DNA of 18,052 nucleotides from a candidate division WOR-3 bacterium (GCA_037444665.1 JBBILZ010000047.1:1-18052); one strand, 5' to 3'; counted from the first letter of the stretch, positions 8,232 through 17,146 are shown. Notes: generated from the sequence alone by a model not told the origin. Made by a program: numbers and translations.

Positions 8232-8259
8232 ATTATATTAAAATTTTTCTTTCTGTCAA
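8232..8259 (-). promoter_or_regulatory. Sigma70-type promoter of the arsR-like gene (probably leaderless)
   Basis: On the minus strand: TTGACA (8259-8254), 16 nt, TATAAT (8237-8232), then 6 nt to the GTG at 8225. Confidence 0.8.
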
Positions 8260-8360
8260 CAAACAACTCTGGAATTGTTAGTACAAATATTGAGGAGATT
8301 GAATAAAAAACTTTTTATAAAAGAAAGTAAAAATCTGATATTTAAAATTGAATTACCAAT

Positions 8361-8492
8361 AAGGCTGAAGATATATTCACAGACCGGGATTACTGAAATG
8401 ACAGAGAGAGCCGGGTTGAAATTTGCTAAGGCTTACGAGTCCCTCCATACCCTTGCACCAGTCAATCCTGACAGTTATATAAATATAGTCTT
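8361..8492. ncRNA. Candidate structured RNA (long imperfect hairpin, possibly 6S-like); strand unresolved
   Basis: GC-richer intergenic island with nested complementary segments, e.g. GGATTACTG / CAGTCAATCC, AAGATATATTCACA / TATAAATATAGTCTT, AGCC / GGCT. Confidence 0.4.
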
Positions 8493-8996
8493 TCAAAAAA
8501 ATCTCTGAACCAAATAAGAGATAAAATAGATTATGATTATCACAACGATTGTAGAGATTTCACCTTTAAGATTATGGAAAGAAAAATTTATTTTTTTAAC
8601 AGGGAGCTCTTTAAGATGATTTTTCTCAGCAATAGATATAATAGAATATTCAATTATAAAAATAATTATCAAAGTCATCCCATACCACACTGGCGGGTTG
8701 AATAATACAATCGTTCCTAAAACCAAAAACAGATTACCGAGATATAGTGGATGGCGAAAAATTTTATAAGGACCGTTTATGACCCGGTAGTCTCCATTTA
8801 TTTCATAACCCCTTGAAATAGAACCAATATAACCGCTCGCCCATAGTCTTATAATAATGCCCAAAATAATTAAAAGATGGGCGATTATGTTTTTCATTTC
8901 TGGATTTCCAGTTATAACAAGTAATGCAAAGAATGGCAGTGCAATCAACCCACGGTAACGATATAATAATCTACCAAAAGCAACAATCTTTTGCAC
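8493..8996 (-). CDS. Isoprenylcysteine carboxyl methyltransferase / PEMT-family membrane methyltransferase
   Basis: Several hydrophobic helices; IRLWASGY and the family motif GPYKIFRHPLYLGN. Confidence 0.85.
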   Translation of the reverse strand: MQKIVAFGRLLYRYRGLIALPFFALLVITGNPEMKNIIAHLLIILGIIIRLWASGYIGSISRGYEINGDYRVINGPYKIFRHPLYLGNLFLVLGTIVLFNPPVWYGMTLIIIFIIEYSIISIAEKNHLKELPVKKINFSFHNLKGEISTIVVIIIIYFISYLVQRFF

Positions 8997-9001
8997 AGTT
9001 A

Positions 9002-10399
9002 TTATTTGATAACCGGATAATAAAGGAAATATTCGCCAATAACCTGACCTATATAATAGTTTTCTTTTATTGCGTCAACCATTAGTGGTGTAAGCCTTTC
9101 TTTATCTACCTGGCAATGGATATCAAAACTTAAGATGATTAAAGAGAATTGCCTATTTTTTAAATCATTTACAAACCTTGTCTGGTCCCAGATTTTCTGA
9201 TTTGTCAGCTGGGTAAATTCAAAGGGCATAAAAATAATCGGTTTATTGTTCATTAAAAGCAGACCTGCATCTTCAGAAATTATTTTGCCATCAGTATTAT
9301 GTACAACTTCAGATAATAGTTTTGAATTTGTTAACTCGTTCTTTGTGATAATGGGTTCAGTAAAAAATGGGATATGCAGGAATAAAAGAAGTTGTATAAA
9401 AAGGGCAGAGTTAATGAGCATCGCCCATGTTTTCTCGTCTTTGAAAATCTCTTTTAATCTCTTCATTGCCAGACCCATTAAAATACAGGATACTGCAATG
9501 ATTTCAAAGAAGTAATTCATATTGGCACCAATCTTTCCGACTGATACCGCGACCAGTGCTGAGATAATAAAATATATAACAAAAATAGAATATTTTTTTT
9601 GAATGTCTGGAATAAAAAGAAATATTACAGAGAAAAGAATTATTATCGCATGATTCTGTAAAAACCAGATGTAGTGCTTTGCCATCTGCTTGAAGATAAA
9701 GGTGTTCATATTGTATAAAAAATTATGCCGATAAAATTCTCCCTTGGTATAAAAATTTATTAAAAAGAAGATGGCAATGTAGCATAGTAGCATCAGAACA
9801 ACAAAGGTGAGTGCCCTTTTTTTGTCGGTTAAAAAAAGATATAATGCCACTGCTATTGGTGCAGAAACAAAAGTCTGTTTTGTGTATAAAGCAGCAATAA
9901 AGAAGATTGTACCAAAAATGAGTTTATCTGTCTTTTGGAACATATAAATACCCATCAGACTGAATAATAGACCCAGCATATCAACCCGGAAAAATGGATT
10001 ATTTTTATAAATGTATGATGATGCAATAAAGAGCAAGGCAGATATTATGGCGATTTCGCGTGAGGTCTCATTTTTTAAGATGATAAAGATAAGCCAGCAA
10101 ATAAGAATAGAAACAAGAAAAGTAATCAATCTACCATATACAAAAGAAACACCGAATAGTTTCACAAAGAGCGCGCATAAAAATTGATAGACTGGTGGAT
10201 AATTACTTATGAGATATGGGTATTCATTGATTCCTCTGTATATTGATTCACCTTTACTAATAAGATGGGATTGGTTAAGAACAAAGCCTTCAGGATACGA
10301 AATTTGATATGGAAATGTAATGACTACATAAGATTGAATAAAATAAAATAGGGCATAGATTATCAGCCCTGCCATTACTATTTTTTTTAATATTCCCAT
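9002..10399 (-). CDS. GT-C fold membrane glycosyltransferase (ArnT/PMT/GT39-like)
   Basis: Polytopic membrane protein; YPEG acidic loop after TM1, NYPPVY, GRLIT, RVDML, YTKQT. Confidence 0.7.
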   Translation of the reverse strand: MGILKKIVMAGLIIYALFYFIQSYVVITFPYQISYPEGFVLNQSHLISKGESIYRGINEYPYLISNYPPVYQFLCALFVKLFGVSFVYGRLITFLVSILICWLIFIILKNETSREIAIISALLFIASSYIYKNNPFFRVDMLGLLFSLMGIYMFQKTDKLIFGTIFFIAALYTKQTFVSAPIAVALYLFLTDKKRALTFVVLMLLCYIAIFFLINFYTKGEFYRHNFLYNMNTFIFKQMAKHYIWFLQNHAIIILFSVIFLFIPDIQKKYSIFVIYFIISALVAVSVGKIGANMNYFFEIIAVSCILMGLAMKRLKEIFKDEKTWAMLINSALFIQLLLFLHIPFFTEPIITKNELTNSKLLSEVVHNTDGKIISEDAGLLLMNNKPIIFMPFEFTQLTNQKIWDQTRFVNDLKNRQFSLIILSFDIHCQVDKERLTPLMVDAIKENYYIGQVIGEYFLYYPVIK

Positions 10400-10440
10400 T
10401 TCTTATTACTTTTTGTCATCAACAACTTTATAACAGCTGA

Positions 10441-10524
10441 TGCCGGAGAGGGGATTTGAACCCCTATGCTGTTGCCAGCGCCAGGTCCTGAACCTGGTGC
10501 GTCTTCCAATTCCGCCACCCCGGC
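10441..10524 (-). tRNA. tRNA-Leu(CAG); CCA not encoded
   Basis: Minus strand: GCCGGGG acceptor stem, GGCGGAATTGGAAGACGC D arm, CCAGG-TTCAGGA-CCTGG anticodon arm, long variable arm, AGGGG-TTCAAAT-CCCCT T arm, CTCCGGC-A. Confidence 0.96.
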
Positions 10525-10540
10525 TTCAAAAGGCTTAATT

Positions 10541-10568
10541 AGTATAATCAAATATCAATTGAAGTCAA
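10541..10568 (-). promoter_or_regulatory. Sigma70-type promoter of tRNA-Leu
   Basis: On the minus strand: TTGACT (10568-10563), 16 nt, TATACT (10546-10541). Confidence 0.7.
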
Positions 10569-10676
10569 CCATTTAAGTAAGAAGACGGGAATAAATTCCC
10601 TACTCCAGAAAATATTTTCATCCCGCTAAAGTCTGCCCTGATTAAAATAAGGAATAGACACCACATTCCAAAATAA

Positions 10677-10704
10677 TTGACATCATTATTTTTTTTTATA
10701 TACT
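10677..10704 (+). promoter_or_regulatory. Sigma70-type promoter of ndk (probably leaderless)
   Basis: TTGACA (10677-10682), 16 nt, TATACT (10699-10704), then 7 nt to the ATG; no Shine-Dalgarno. Confidence 0.75.
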
Positions 10705-10711
10705 TACACTT

Positions 10712-11131
10712 ATGGATAAAACATTATTAATCATAAAACCTGATGCTGTAAAAAGAAATTTAATCGGTAATATCTTAAAGCATATTATGGATGCGGGCTT
10801 TAAGATTGTGGCGATGAAGATGCTCTGGCTCAACAAGGAACAGGGTGGTAGATTTTACGAGATTCATAAAGGAAAGGATTTCTACAATTGGCTCGTGGAT
10901 TTTATCTCTTCAGGACCAGTGGTTGTTGCCTGTTTAAAATATCCTGATGCACCCAAAAAATTGCGTGAGGTCGTAGGTGCAACCGACCCCAAAAAGGCTG
11001 CTCCTGGAACAATTAGAAATCTTTATGGAACATCGGTTGGCGAGAATGTAGTCCATGCCTCAGCCCCAGACGAAGATCCTCAAAGGGAAATAAATTTCTT
11101 TTTCAGTCAACAGGAGATTTTTGATATTTAA
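10712..11131 (+). CDS. ndk: Nucleoside diphosphate kinase
   Basis: Motifs: TLLIIKPDAV, FYEIHKGK, SGPVV, GATDPKKAAPGTIR, NVVHAS (catalytic His), EINFFF. Confidence 0.97.
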   Translation: MDKTLLIIKPDAVKRNLIGNILKHIMDAGFKIVAMKMLWLNKEQGGRFYEIHKGKDFYNWLVDFISSGPVVVACLKYPDAPKKLREVVGATDPKKAAPGTIRNLYGTSVGENVVHASAPDEDPQREINFFFSQQEIFDI

Positions 11132-13289
11132 AATTTTATGGAAAACAAGCGGGTTCTATTTTCTAATATTGGCAGTTCTTTCCTGTCCGAGTCCGGCCAC
11201 AAAAGAGGTGCCATTAGCAGTCATTCCTGAATCTGATTTAATCGCTGAAGCTGAGCACACAGCAAAAGATAAACCACTATATGCCTTTAACCTTTTAAAA
11301 AGGGTCTGCACCCAGCAAAATCTAATTGAAAAAACAAAAATTCTTTTAAAACTTTACCTTGACCAGAGAGAATACAAACGGGCATTAGTATATCTTGATA
11401 GCATCAGTGGAGACATTGACTTTGAACAGAATAAAATAATCAAAGAACTTGCCTGCATCGTTTACCTGAAGCAAAAAAGATGGGAAGATGTTTTTAATCT
11501 AACCACAGATTCTCTTTTAAAAGGTATCGCCCTGTATAATCTCCAGAGGTATCAGGAAGCGATTAACTATCTATCAAACATTAGCGAATTAAAAGATTAC
11601 CAGTTATTATATCTAACAAAATGTTACTACAATTTGAATGACCTAAGCAATGCGTTGAGCAGTATTCTTGAGATTGATTCAGTAAGTCCATATCTTTCTA
11701 CTGAGTATCAGAATCTGCTGTTTGACCTTTTATTATCTTCAGCAGAGATTCCAGTTATCAAAAAAGAGATGCAGAGATTAAAAGACCCAATAGTAAGAAA
11801 ATTCCTTCAGCTCAAAATTTATGAACGACAAAATGACAAAAAAAATTTAAGAATCCTCGCCCTTGATTTAATAAAAAATCATCCTTCTGCACCAGGTGCA
11901 AAATATTGTATTGGTATTGTGAAACCGAAAACTCCTTCTGAATACAAATTATTTGGAAAAGTTGCTTATCTCCATAGAGATTATGACCAGGCATTGAAAT
12001 TTTTTAAAAATGCTACAAAAGATGACGATGTATACTATTATCTGGGAAAAATTAATCATGAACGGCAGGCATATAGCACCGCATTGACCTATTTTGGCAA
12101 AAGTCATCGCTCAGAGGCATACTATTATCGTGGATTAATCTATGAAAATAGGCAAAATTTTAATTCGGCAATAATGATATATGATTCCCTGATAAATAAA
12201 TATAAAAATTCAAAGTATGCAATAAGGGCTTTAAAAAGAAAGGCATTTTTAATGGAGGATATCGGTGATACCCTTGGTGCAATAGAAAATTTTGTTCGGA
12301 TTAAAGAAAAGGCAACAAGTTTTCGTGCAGGGTTTCAGTTGTTTAGAATTGGTCAGCTGAGCCGGGCACAGGAAATTTTTTCAAATTATGCAGACCCTGA
12401 CTTTATCTACTGGCACATAAGAATAAAAGAAAGGCTGGGTGAACCAGTTGATAGTCTGAAAGATTATCTTTTCTGCAATTATCCTCTTTCTTATTATACC
12501 CTGGTAAAGAGTAATGGAGATATTAGTATTGATACTACCTCCCTTGATAACTGGTTAAGACAATTCGGAGATACAGCTGTCAGTTTTGACAATTTAGATT
12601 ATATTCATATTGACAAGGCGACCCGCTATTTCAATCTTGATGAAAACAATTATGCGCTTGCTGAGCTTGAGTTGATTGAAGATAAATCATTTATGGATTT
12701 AATATATTTGAGTAGATTGTGCTCTGAATACGGCTTTGATTACGGAGCAATAAAATTCTGTCTCCAGTTAAAAAGACGGTATGAAAATAATAATGATTCA
12801 AGAAATTATCCAGTAGAATTCCTAAAACTTATATATCCAGCAAAATATATTTTTAATATAAAGGACTGTAGTAGTGATATATGGCTGATACTCGCTATGA
12901 TATGGCAGGAGAGTATGTTTGACCCGAATGCTACAAGTTCGGCAAATGCCAAAGGATTAATGCAGATTATACCAAGAACCGGTGAATTGCTGGCAAAAAA
13001 TTTTGGTATTTCAGAATACTCGCTCTATGACCCTGAGATATCAATAAAATTCGGGACAAGTTATATTAGCAATATGATAACCGAATTTAATTCACTACCC
13101 CTGGCACTTGCTGCTTATAATGCAGGTCCGATAAATGTCAGGCGGTGGCTTAAAAAGAATTCAAATGCAGAAATGGATGAATTTATTGAATTGATACCTT
13201 ATACTGAAACCCGCGACTATGTGCGCCTGACCCTGGCGCGCCAGATTATCTACAAAAAGATCTGGCAGAATTTGATTGATATAAATTAA
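11121..13289 (+). CDS. Soluble lytic murein transglycosylase (Slt70-like) with TPR-like repeats; probable lipoprotein
   Basis: C-terminal SLT motifs: WQESMFDPNATS, AKGLMQI, AAYNAG, IPYTETRDYV. TPR-like YYLG and YYYRG. LAVLSC lipobox-like sequence. The TTG start is uncertain. Confidence 0.9.
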   Translation: MIFKILWKTSGFYFLILAVLSCPSPATKEVPLAVIPESDLIAEAEHTAKDKPLYAFNLLKRVCTQQNLIEKTKILLKLYLDQREYKRALVYLDSISGDIDFEQNKIIKELACIVYLKQKRWEDVFNLTTDSLLKGIALYNLQRYQEAINYLSNISELKDYQLLYLTKCYYNLNDLSNALSSILEIDSVSPYLSTEYQNLLFDLLLSSAEIPVIKKEMQRLKDPIVRKFLQLKIYERQNDKKNLRILALDLIKNHPSAPGAKYCIGIVKPKTPSEYKLFGKVAYLHRDYDQALKFFKNATKDDDVYYYLGKINHERQAYSTALTYFGKSHRSEAYYYRGLIYENRQNFNSAIMIYDSLINKYKNSKYAIRALKRKAFLMEDIGDTLGAIENFVRIKEKATSFRAGFQLFRIGQLSRAQEIFSNYADPDFIYWHIRIKERLGEPVDSLKDYLFCNYPLSYYTLVKSNGDISIDTTSLDNWLRQFGDTAVSFDNLDYIHIDKATRYFNLDENNYALAELELIEDKSFMDLIYLSRLCSEYGFDYGAIKFCLQLKRRYENNNDSRNYPVEFLKLIYPAKYIFNIKDCSSDIWLILAMIWQESMFDPNATSSANAKGLMQIIPRTGELLAKNFGISEYSLYDPEISIKFGTSYISNMITEFNSLPLALAAYNAGPINVRRWLKKNSNAEMDEFIELIPYTETRDYVRLTLARQIIYKKIWQNLIDIN

Positions 13290-13295
13290 CCCCTC

Positions 13296-13323
13296 TTGAC
13301 TTTGGAATTGTTGTGTTTATAAT
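13296..13323 (+). promoter_or_regulatory. Sigma70-type promoter (probably leaderless)
   Basis: TTGACT (13296-13301), 16 nt, TATAAT (13318-13323), then 5 nt to the ATG at 13329. Confidence 0.75.
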
Positions 13324-13328
13324 TATTT

Positions 13329-13571
13329 ATGTTAAAGCGCGTATTTCTTGCCCAGGATGAGTTCAGTGCGATTACAATCAAAGAAATGCTTGCAGGCCAT
13401 AATATCAATGCACTGGTCAGAAGATTTGAAACGACCTGGCTTGATGGCCTGCCCAAACTGATGGAAGGTGGCTGGGGTGAAGTTCTGGTTGATGAAAAAA
13501 ACCTTGAACTCGCAAAGGAATATGTCCGGGAGTTCCTTGAGAATCCAGCTTCAGATATTGACAATGCTTGA
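13329..13571 (+). CDS. DUF2007-like small protein (putative signal-transducing protein)
   Basis: 80 aa matching the family pattern: A..EFSAITIKEMLAGHNINA...GWGEVLVDEKNLELAKE. Confidence 0.75.
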   Translation: MLKRVFLAQDEFSAITIKEMLAGHNINALVRRFETTWLDGLPKLMEGGWGEVLVDEKNLELAKEYVREFLENPASDIDNA

Positions 13572-13585
13572 GTAATCACTATAAT
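13558..13585 (+). promoter_or_regulatory. Sigma70-type promoter overlapping the end of the DUF2007 gene (probably leaderless)
   Basis: TTGACA (13558-13563), 16 nt, TATAAT (13580-13585), then 5 nt to the ATG at 13591. Confidence 0.75.
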
Positions 13586-13590
13586 AAATT

Positions 13591-14532
13591 ATGGATATGA
13601 TAAATTTTTTAAAGAAATATTTGTTCTTAATTTTTATCTGCCTTATTTTTCTCCATTGCCCCAAAAGGGTAAGTGTAAAGACTTCAAAGATTGAAGTTAT
13701 CTATCTTTCTTCTTTACTTGAGGATATAAAAAAACCAGAGCCATATCTTTGTAGTATTGCAGATACCGGGGCAATAAGACTCGGTTATATCAATTTTGAA
13801 ACACCATTTATACCCCAACTCTTTCAGCGCCTTGGATTTTATAGACTTCTAAATGATACACCACTGGATTTTCTTGTTACAAATTATCCTGTTTACGGTT
13901 ATAATTTTCTCCCCATCCACCTTGACCTTGGCTATGGTATAAAAAATATTGAAGGGATAAGATTTGGTATATGCAGTCAATACCGTGATTCATTATCCAT
14001 ATCAGACCAGGTAAAACTCGCAACCATCAAAGAACGGAGTGATGTATTATGGATAGTAGATAAAAAATTGTTGTCATTACCTGCAATGCAGATAGATTTT
14101 ATAATTCGTGATAGAATATTACAGGACACTTTATTGAGAAATATCAAGATAGTGAAAGATACGACTCTGCAACGAAAATTTAATGATTTTAATGAATCAT
14201 TGAATAGACTGCTTAATGCAAAAATAGATTTAAATACAACAACAGCTGATTATATCTTTTCCCGCATAAAACAACAAAAAAATATAAATATAATGCTCTA
14301 TTCAGAAGGATTAATAAAAGACAATTCAGTAAAGAATTCTATAACCATCGGTCAATTTTTGAGTAATGTCGCCTGTGATACAAAATTTAAAATACAGGAT
14401 TTGAGTGCGAATGAAATAAAAAAGATGATAAAGGATAATGGTTATCAGTATTGGGGAGATATTGCAAAGAAAAATCTGGCTCTTATACCAGACAAAGATG
14501 GTGAATATTTATTTGACTTGATTTTCTACTGA
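13591..14532 (+). CDS. Hypothetical exported protein or lipoprotein
   Basis: 313-aa ORF with KK + hydrophobic stretch + FLHC; own promoter; weak resemblance to the 5'-nucleotidase layout. Confidence 0.65.
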   Translation: MDMINFLKKYLFLIFICLIFLHCPKRVSVKTSKIEVIYLSSLLEDIKKPEPYLCSIADTGAIRLGYINFETPFIPQLFQRLGFYRLLNDTPLDFLVTNYPVYGYNFLPIHLDLGYGIKNIEGIRFGICSQYRDSLSISDQVKLATIKERSDVLWIVDKKLLSLPAMQIDFIIRDRILQDTLLRNIKIVKDTTLQRKFNDFNESLNRLLNAKIDLNTTTADYIFSRIKQQKNINIMLYSEGLIKDNSVKNSITIGQFLSNVACDTKFKIQDLSANEIKKMIKDNGYQYWGDIAKKNLALIPDKDGEYLFDLIFY

Positions 14533-14534
14533 TT

Positions 14535-15089
14535 ATGAAAGTTCCGTTTAATTACAAAAGATTAATCTGGATAATATTTATCCTTTTGTACTCAGGGTTA
14601 TTCTTTTATAACTGCTTAAGCCCGTACCACAACTGGTTTTTTCCCTATCTTTATACGATGTTTTTAATCCTCTGGCTCTGCAAAGAATATTATCAGAAAA
14701 ATTTATTCTTCCAACCAAATTATTTTCCAGTTGAATCACACAACTATGTGCTACGCGGATTTTTTGCATTATTTTTCTATTCTTCTTTTGTGTTCGGTAT
14801 TATCACCATTGTCTGGTGGCATAAGTATCGCATCAATGTACCATTTTTGTCATTAATTGGTATCTTCTTGCTCGGCTATGCTGTTTATATCCGTGAGCAG
14901 AGTGTGCGTCTGGCAAAAAATAAAGAAAGTATTTCAAAATTTTACCTGAGTGTTGGATTGGTAATAACATCAATGGTGTTTGGTTATGAATCATATTTTT
15001 TGCTTATTTATGCAATCGTTTTTGGTCTACCATTAATTCTTTTACAAATACAATATTATAATAAAGAATTAGAGATTAAAGCCAAATAA
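14535..15089 (+). CDS. Hypothetical integral membrane protein
   Basis: 184 aa with about 6 hydrophobic segments; 2 nt after the previous stop codon. Confidence 0.7.
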   Translation: MKVPFNYKRLIWIIFILLYSGLFFYNCLSPYHNWFFPYLYTMFLILWLCKEYYQKNLFFQPNYFPVESHNYVLRGFFALFFYSSFVFGIITIVWWHKYRINVPFLSLIGIFLLGYAVYIREQSVRLAKNKESISKFYLSVGLVITSMVFGYESYFLLIYAIVFGLPLILLQIQYYNKELEIKAK

Positions 15090-15100
15090 AGGAGGAACCA

Positions 15101-15808
15101 ATGAGTATCATTGCTGGAATTTTATTAATACCATTAATCAGTGCGGATATACCCGCAAAGATTTCTTATCTTGCCGGTAATGTGATTGTTGAACGTGCCG
15201 GGAAAAAATATGCTGGCGTGTTGAATGCTTCACTTTATATAGATGATATCATAACAACATACAGTGAATCAGTATGTGAGATTCAATTTGCCAACTATTC
15301 ATTGGTTCGACTTGAACCGAATTCCAGTATTAAAATTGAGAAAAAAGAAAAAACAAACAAAGGTGTTTTTCAGCGAATTTTTGCCTCAATCGGTGATGTA
15401 ATAACCAAGGTGACAAAGCTAAACAAGGGCGATGAATTTGAAGTACGCACTGATGCAGCACAGGCATATATCAGGGGCACAATCTTTAAAACCAGTGTGG
15501 ATAAAGAAGGTAAGAGTTCTTTCAGTGTGTTTGCCGGAAAGATTAAAGTAAAGAGCCTTGTTGCTGGTGCAAAGGAAATATTGCTGGATAAAGATTTCAA
15601 GGCAAAGATCGGGAAGGGTGAATTAAAACCTGTGGTTGATAAACTCCCGATTGAAGAGATTCAGGCGTTCGCAGATAAATACAAAGATTTTCTTGACCGT
15701 GGCAAAATACTTGATTCATTAAGACAAAAGGCAGAGCAGGAAATAAAGGAGAAGAAAGAAGAACTGCTAAAAGAAGGTAAGAAAAAAATAAAGGGTTGCA
15801 TCTTCTAA
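15101..15808 (+). CDS. FecR-domain exported protein
   Basis: GGAGG Shine-Dalgarno; short signal peptide; FecR-domain motifs SLVRLEPNS, FEVRTDAAQAYIRGTIF, FSVFAGKIKV; charged helical tail. Confidence 0.8.
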   Translation: MSIIAGILLIPLISADIPAKISYLAGNVIVERAGKKYAGVLNASLYIDDIITTYSESVCEIQFANYSLVRLEPNSSIKIEKKEKTNKGVFQRIFASIGDVITKVTKLNKGDEFEVRTDAAQAYIRGTIFKTSVDKEGKSSFSVFAGKIKVKSLVAGAKEILLDKDFKAKIGKGELKPVVDKLPIEEIQAFADKYKDFLDRGKILDSLRQKAEQEIKEKKEELLKEGKKKIKGCIF

Positions 15809-15841
15809 ACAGATATATTTTTCATAAATCAGTAAAAAGTT

Positions 15842-17146
15842 ATGGCTACCCTATTTTCAGTAATCTTTTTAGCCCAAGCTCTGTTATTTACACAGATTGA
15901 AAGGCCAGGTGTAGTATTTCTTTCTATACCTGCTGGTGCACGGCCAACTGGAATGGGTTCAAGTTATGCAGGTGATGGAAATGACCCAGTAGCAATTCAA
16001 TACAACCCTGGTGCAATTGGTTTTTTCAATACATTCCAGTTAGCAATTATGAACCAGGGTCCACCACCAGGTGCTGGTCGGTTTATAGAAACTGCCTGGT
16101 TAAAAAGTCTATCATATTTATTCTACAAACAGACTGAAACCCTTACACCAGAGCCACCCTGGCTTGGTTGGCTCCATAGTGGGATGCGATATTTATATGG
16201 TGTTGGTGTTGTTCCTATAAAAAAATATGGCACAATAGGTCTAAATTACACATATCTGAGTACAGGTTTGACTGATGTTATAGACCCGAACGGTAATTAT
16301 ATTGGTTCTTACCAGAGTTATGACTTTGCGGTAGGCATAACTTATGGGATGCAAGTAAAGAGAATAGGAATGGGTATCACGGTAAAGTATATCTATTCTT
16401 TCTTATGCCCTGACTGGATTGATTGGATTGAAGAGAAAGGAGACGGATATTCGTTTGCGATTGATTACGGCATCCAGTACAGATTCCGAGGTTTGAATGG
16501 AGGATTATCTTTGCTCAATCTTGGTCCAGATATTAAATATGAACCATTTACATCTTCCCGTTTACCCACAAGATTAAAATGGGGTATCAGTATTGAACCC
16601 ATTGTTATGCTGGATTCACTTTTTTTTCCTGATAGACTTTCATTCAAAAACATAAAACTTACAGACCTTATAAGCGTAAAATACAACCTTGACCGTTCTT
16701 ATGATTTTAAATATCTTAATGAAGACATCTGGCATGGTTCAGGATGGGAATTCGGTTTATTGAATTATATTTATTACAGAATGGGTTCGTTTGAATGGAT
16801 GGGCAAATCAAATGGTCTTGGTATTAACTTTGGTATATATGCAATTGATATTTCAAAATTTTATGGTGAATCATACCATGTGCAAATCACAATAAGTACA
16901 GATAGAACAGGTTTTGCGACCGATGGTTTCGGTAAGCGGAAATTTTTTACAATTTGTTCCGCATTTATTGCTCCCGGTGCAAGCCAGTACTACAAAGGAG
17001 ATGGCATAAAAGGAACATTATTCTTTCTACCTTCTTTGGTCCTGGCAAACTACTATTTTAAAAGTACCAATGAAACAACAAAATTTTCTTCTCTGGTTGG
17101 TATCGGTTTATTATACTTTGTCTCTACAGTTGAAGCATTACATTAA
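15842..17146 (+). CDS. PorV/PorQ (UPF0164)-like outer-membrane beta-barrel protein with a C-terminal extension
   Basis: FLSIPAGARPTGMG...DPVAIQYNPG is the typical PorV/FadL-like N-terminus, followed by amphipathic beta-strands (GITYG, GITVKYIYS, AIDYG, LLNLG). Confidence 0.8.
   Translation: MATLFSVIFLAQALLFTQIERPGVVFLSIPAGARPTGMGSSYAGDGNDPVAIQYNPGAIGFFNTFQLAIMNQGPPPGAGRFIETAWLKSLSYLFYKQTETLTPEPPWLGWLHSGMRYLYGVGVVPIKKYGTIGLNYTYLSTGLTDVIDPNGNYIGSYQSYDFAVGITYGMQVKRIGMGITVKYIYSFLCPDWIDWIEEKGDGYSFAIDYGIQYRFRGLNGGLSLLNLGPDIKYEPFTSSRLPTRLKWGISIEPIVMLDSLFFPDRLSFKNIKLTDLISVKYNLDRSYDFKYLNEDIWHGSGWEFGLLNYIYYRMGSFEWMGKSNGLGINFGIYAIDISKFYGESYHVQITISTDRTGFATDGFGKRKFFTICSAFIAPGASQYYKGDGIKGTLFFLPSLVLANYYFKSTNETTKFSSLVGIGLLYFVSTVEALH

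Noticed and set aside
8361..8492. SRP (4.5S) RNA or tRNA identity for the hairpin
   Set aside because: No CAGG-stem-GGAA/GNRA-stem-AGCA domain IV and no cloverleaf or T-loop.
8275..8508. 77-aa plus-strand ORF
   Set aside because: TTG start, no Shine-Dalgarno, no motifs, and it overlaps a convergent gene end. The region is better explained as promoter DNA plus a structured element.
10441..10524. tRNA-Leu as a prophage or island attachment site
   Set aside because: No integrase and no duplicated tRNA 3' end seen within the window.
13286..13579. 97-aa minus-strand ORF
   Set aside because: Antisense to the DUF2007-like gene, which has its own consensus promoter.
15790..15808. C-terminal GCIF of the FecR protein as a CaaX prenylation motif linked to the ICMT-like gene
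   Set aside because: The Cys is third from the end rather than fourth, no prenyltransferase is present, and bacterial ICMT-family proteins are common without CaaX substrates.
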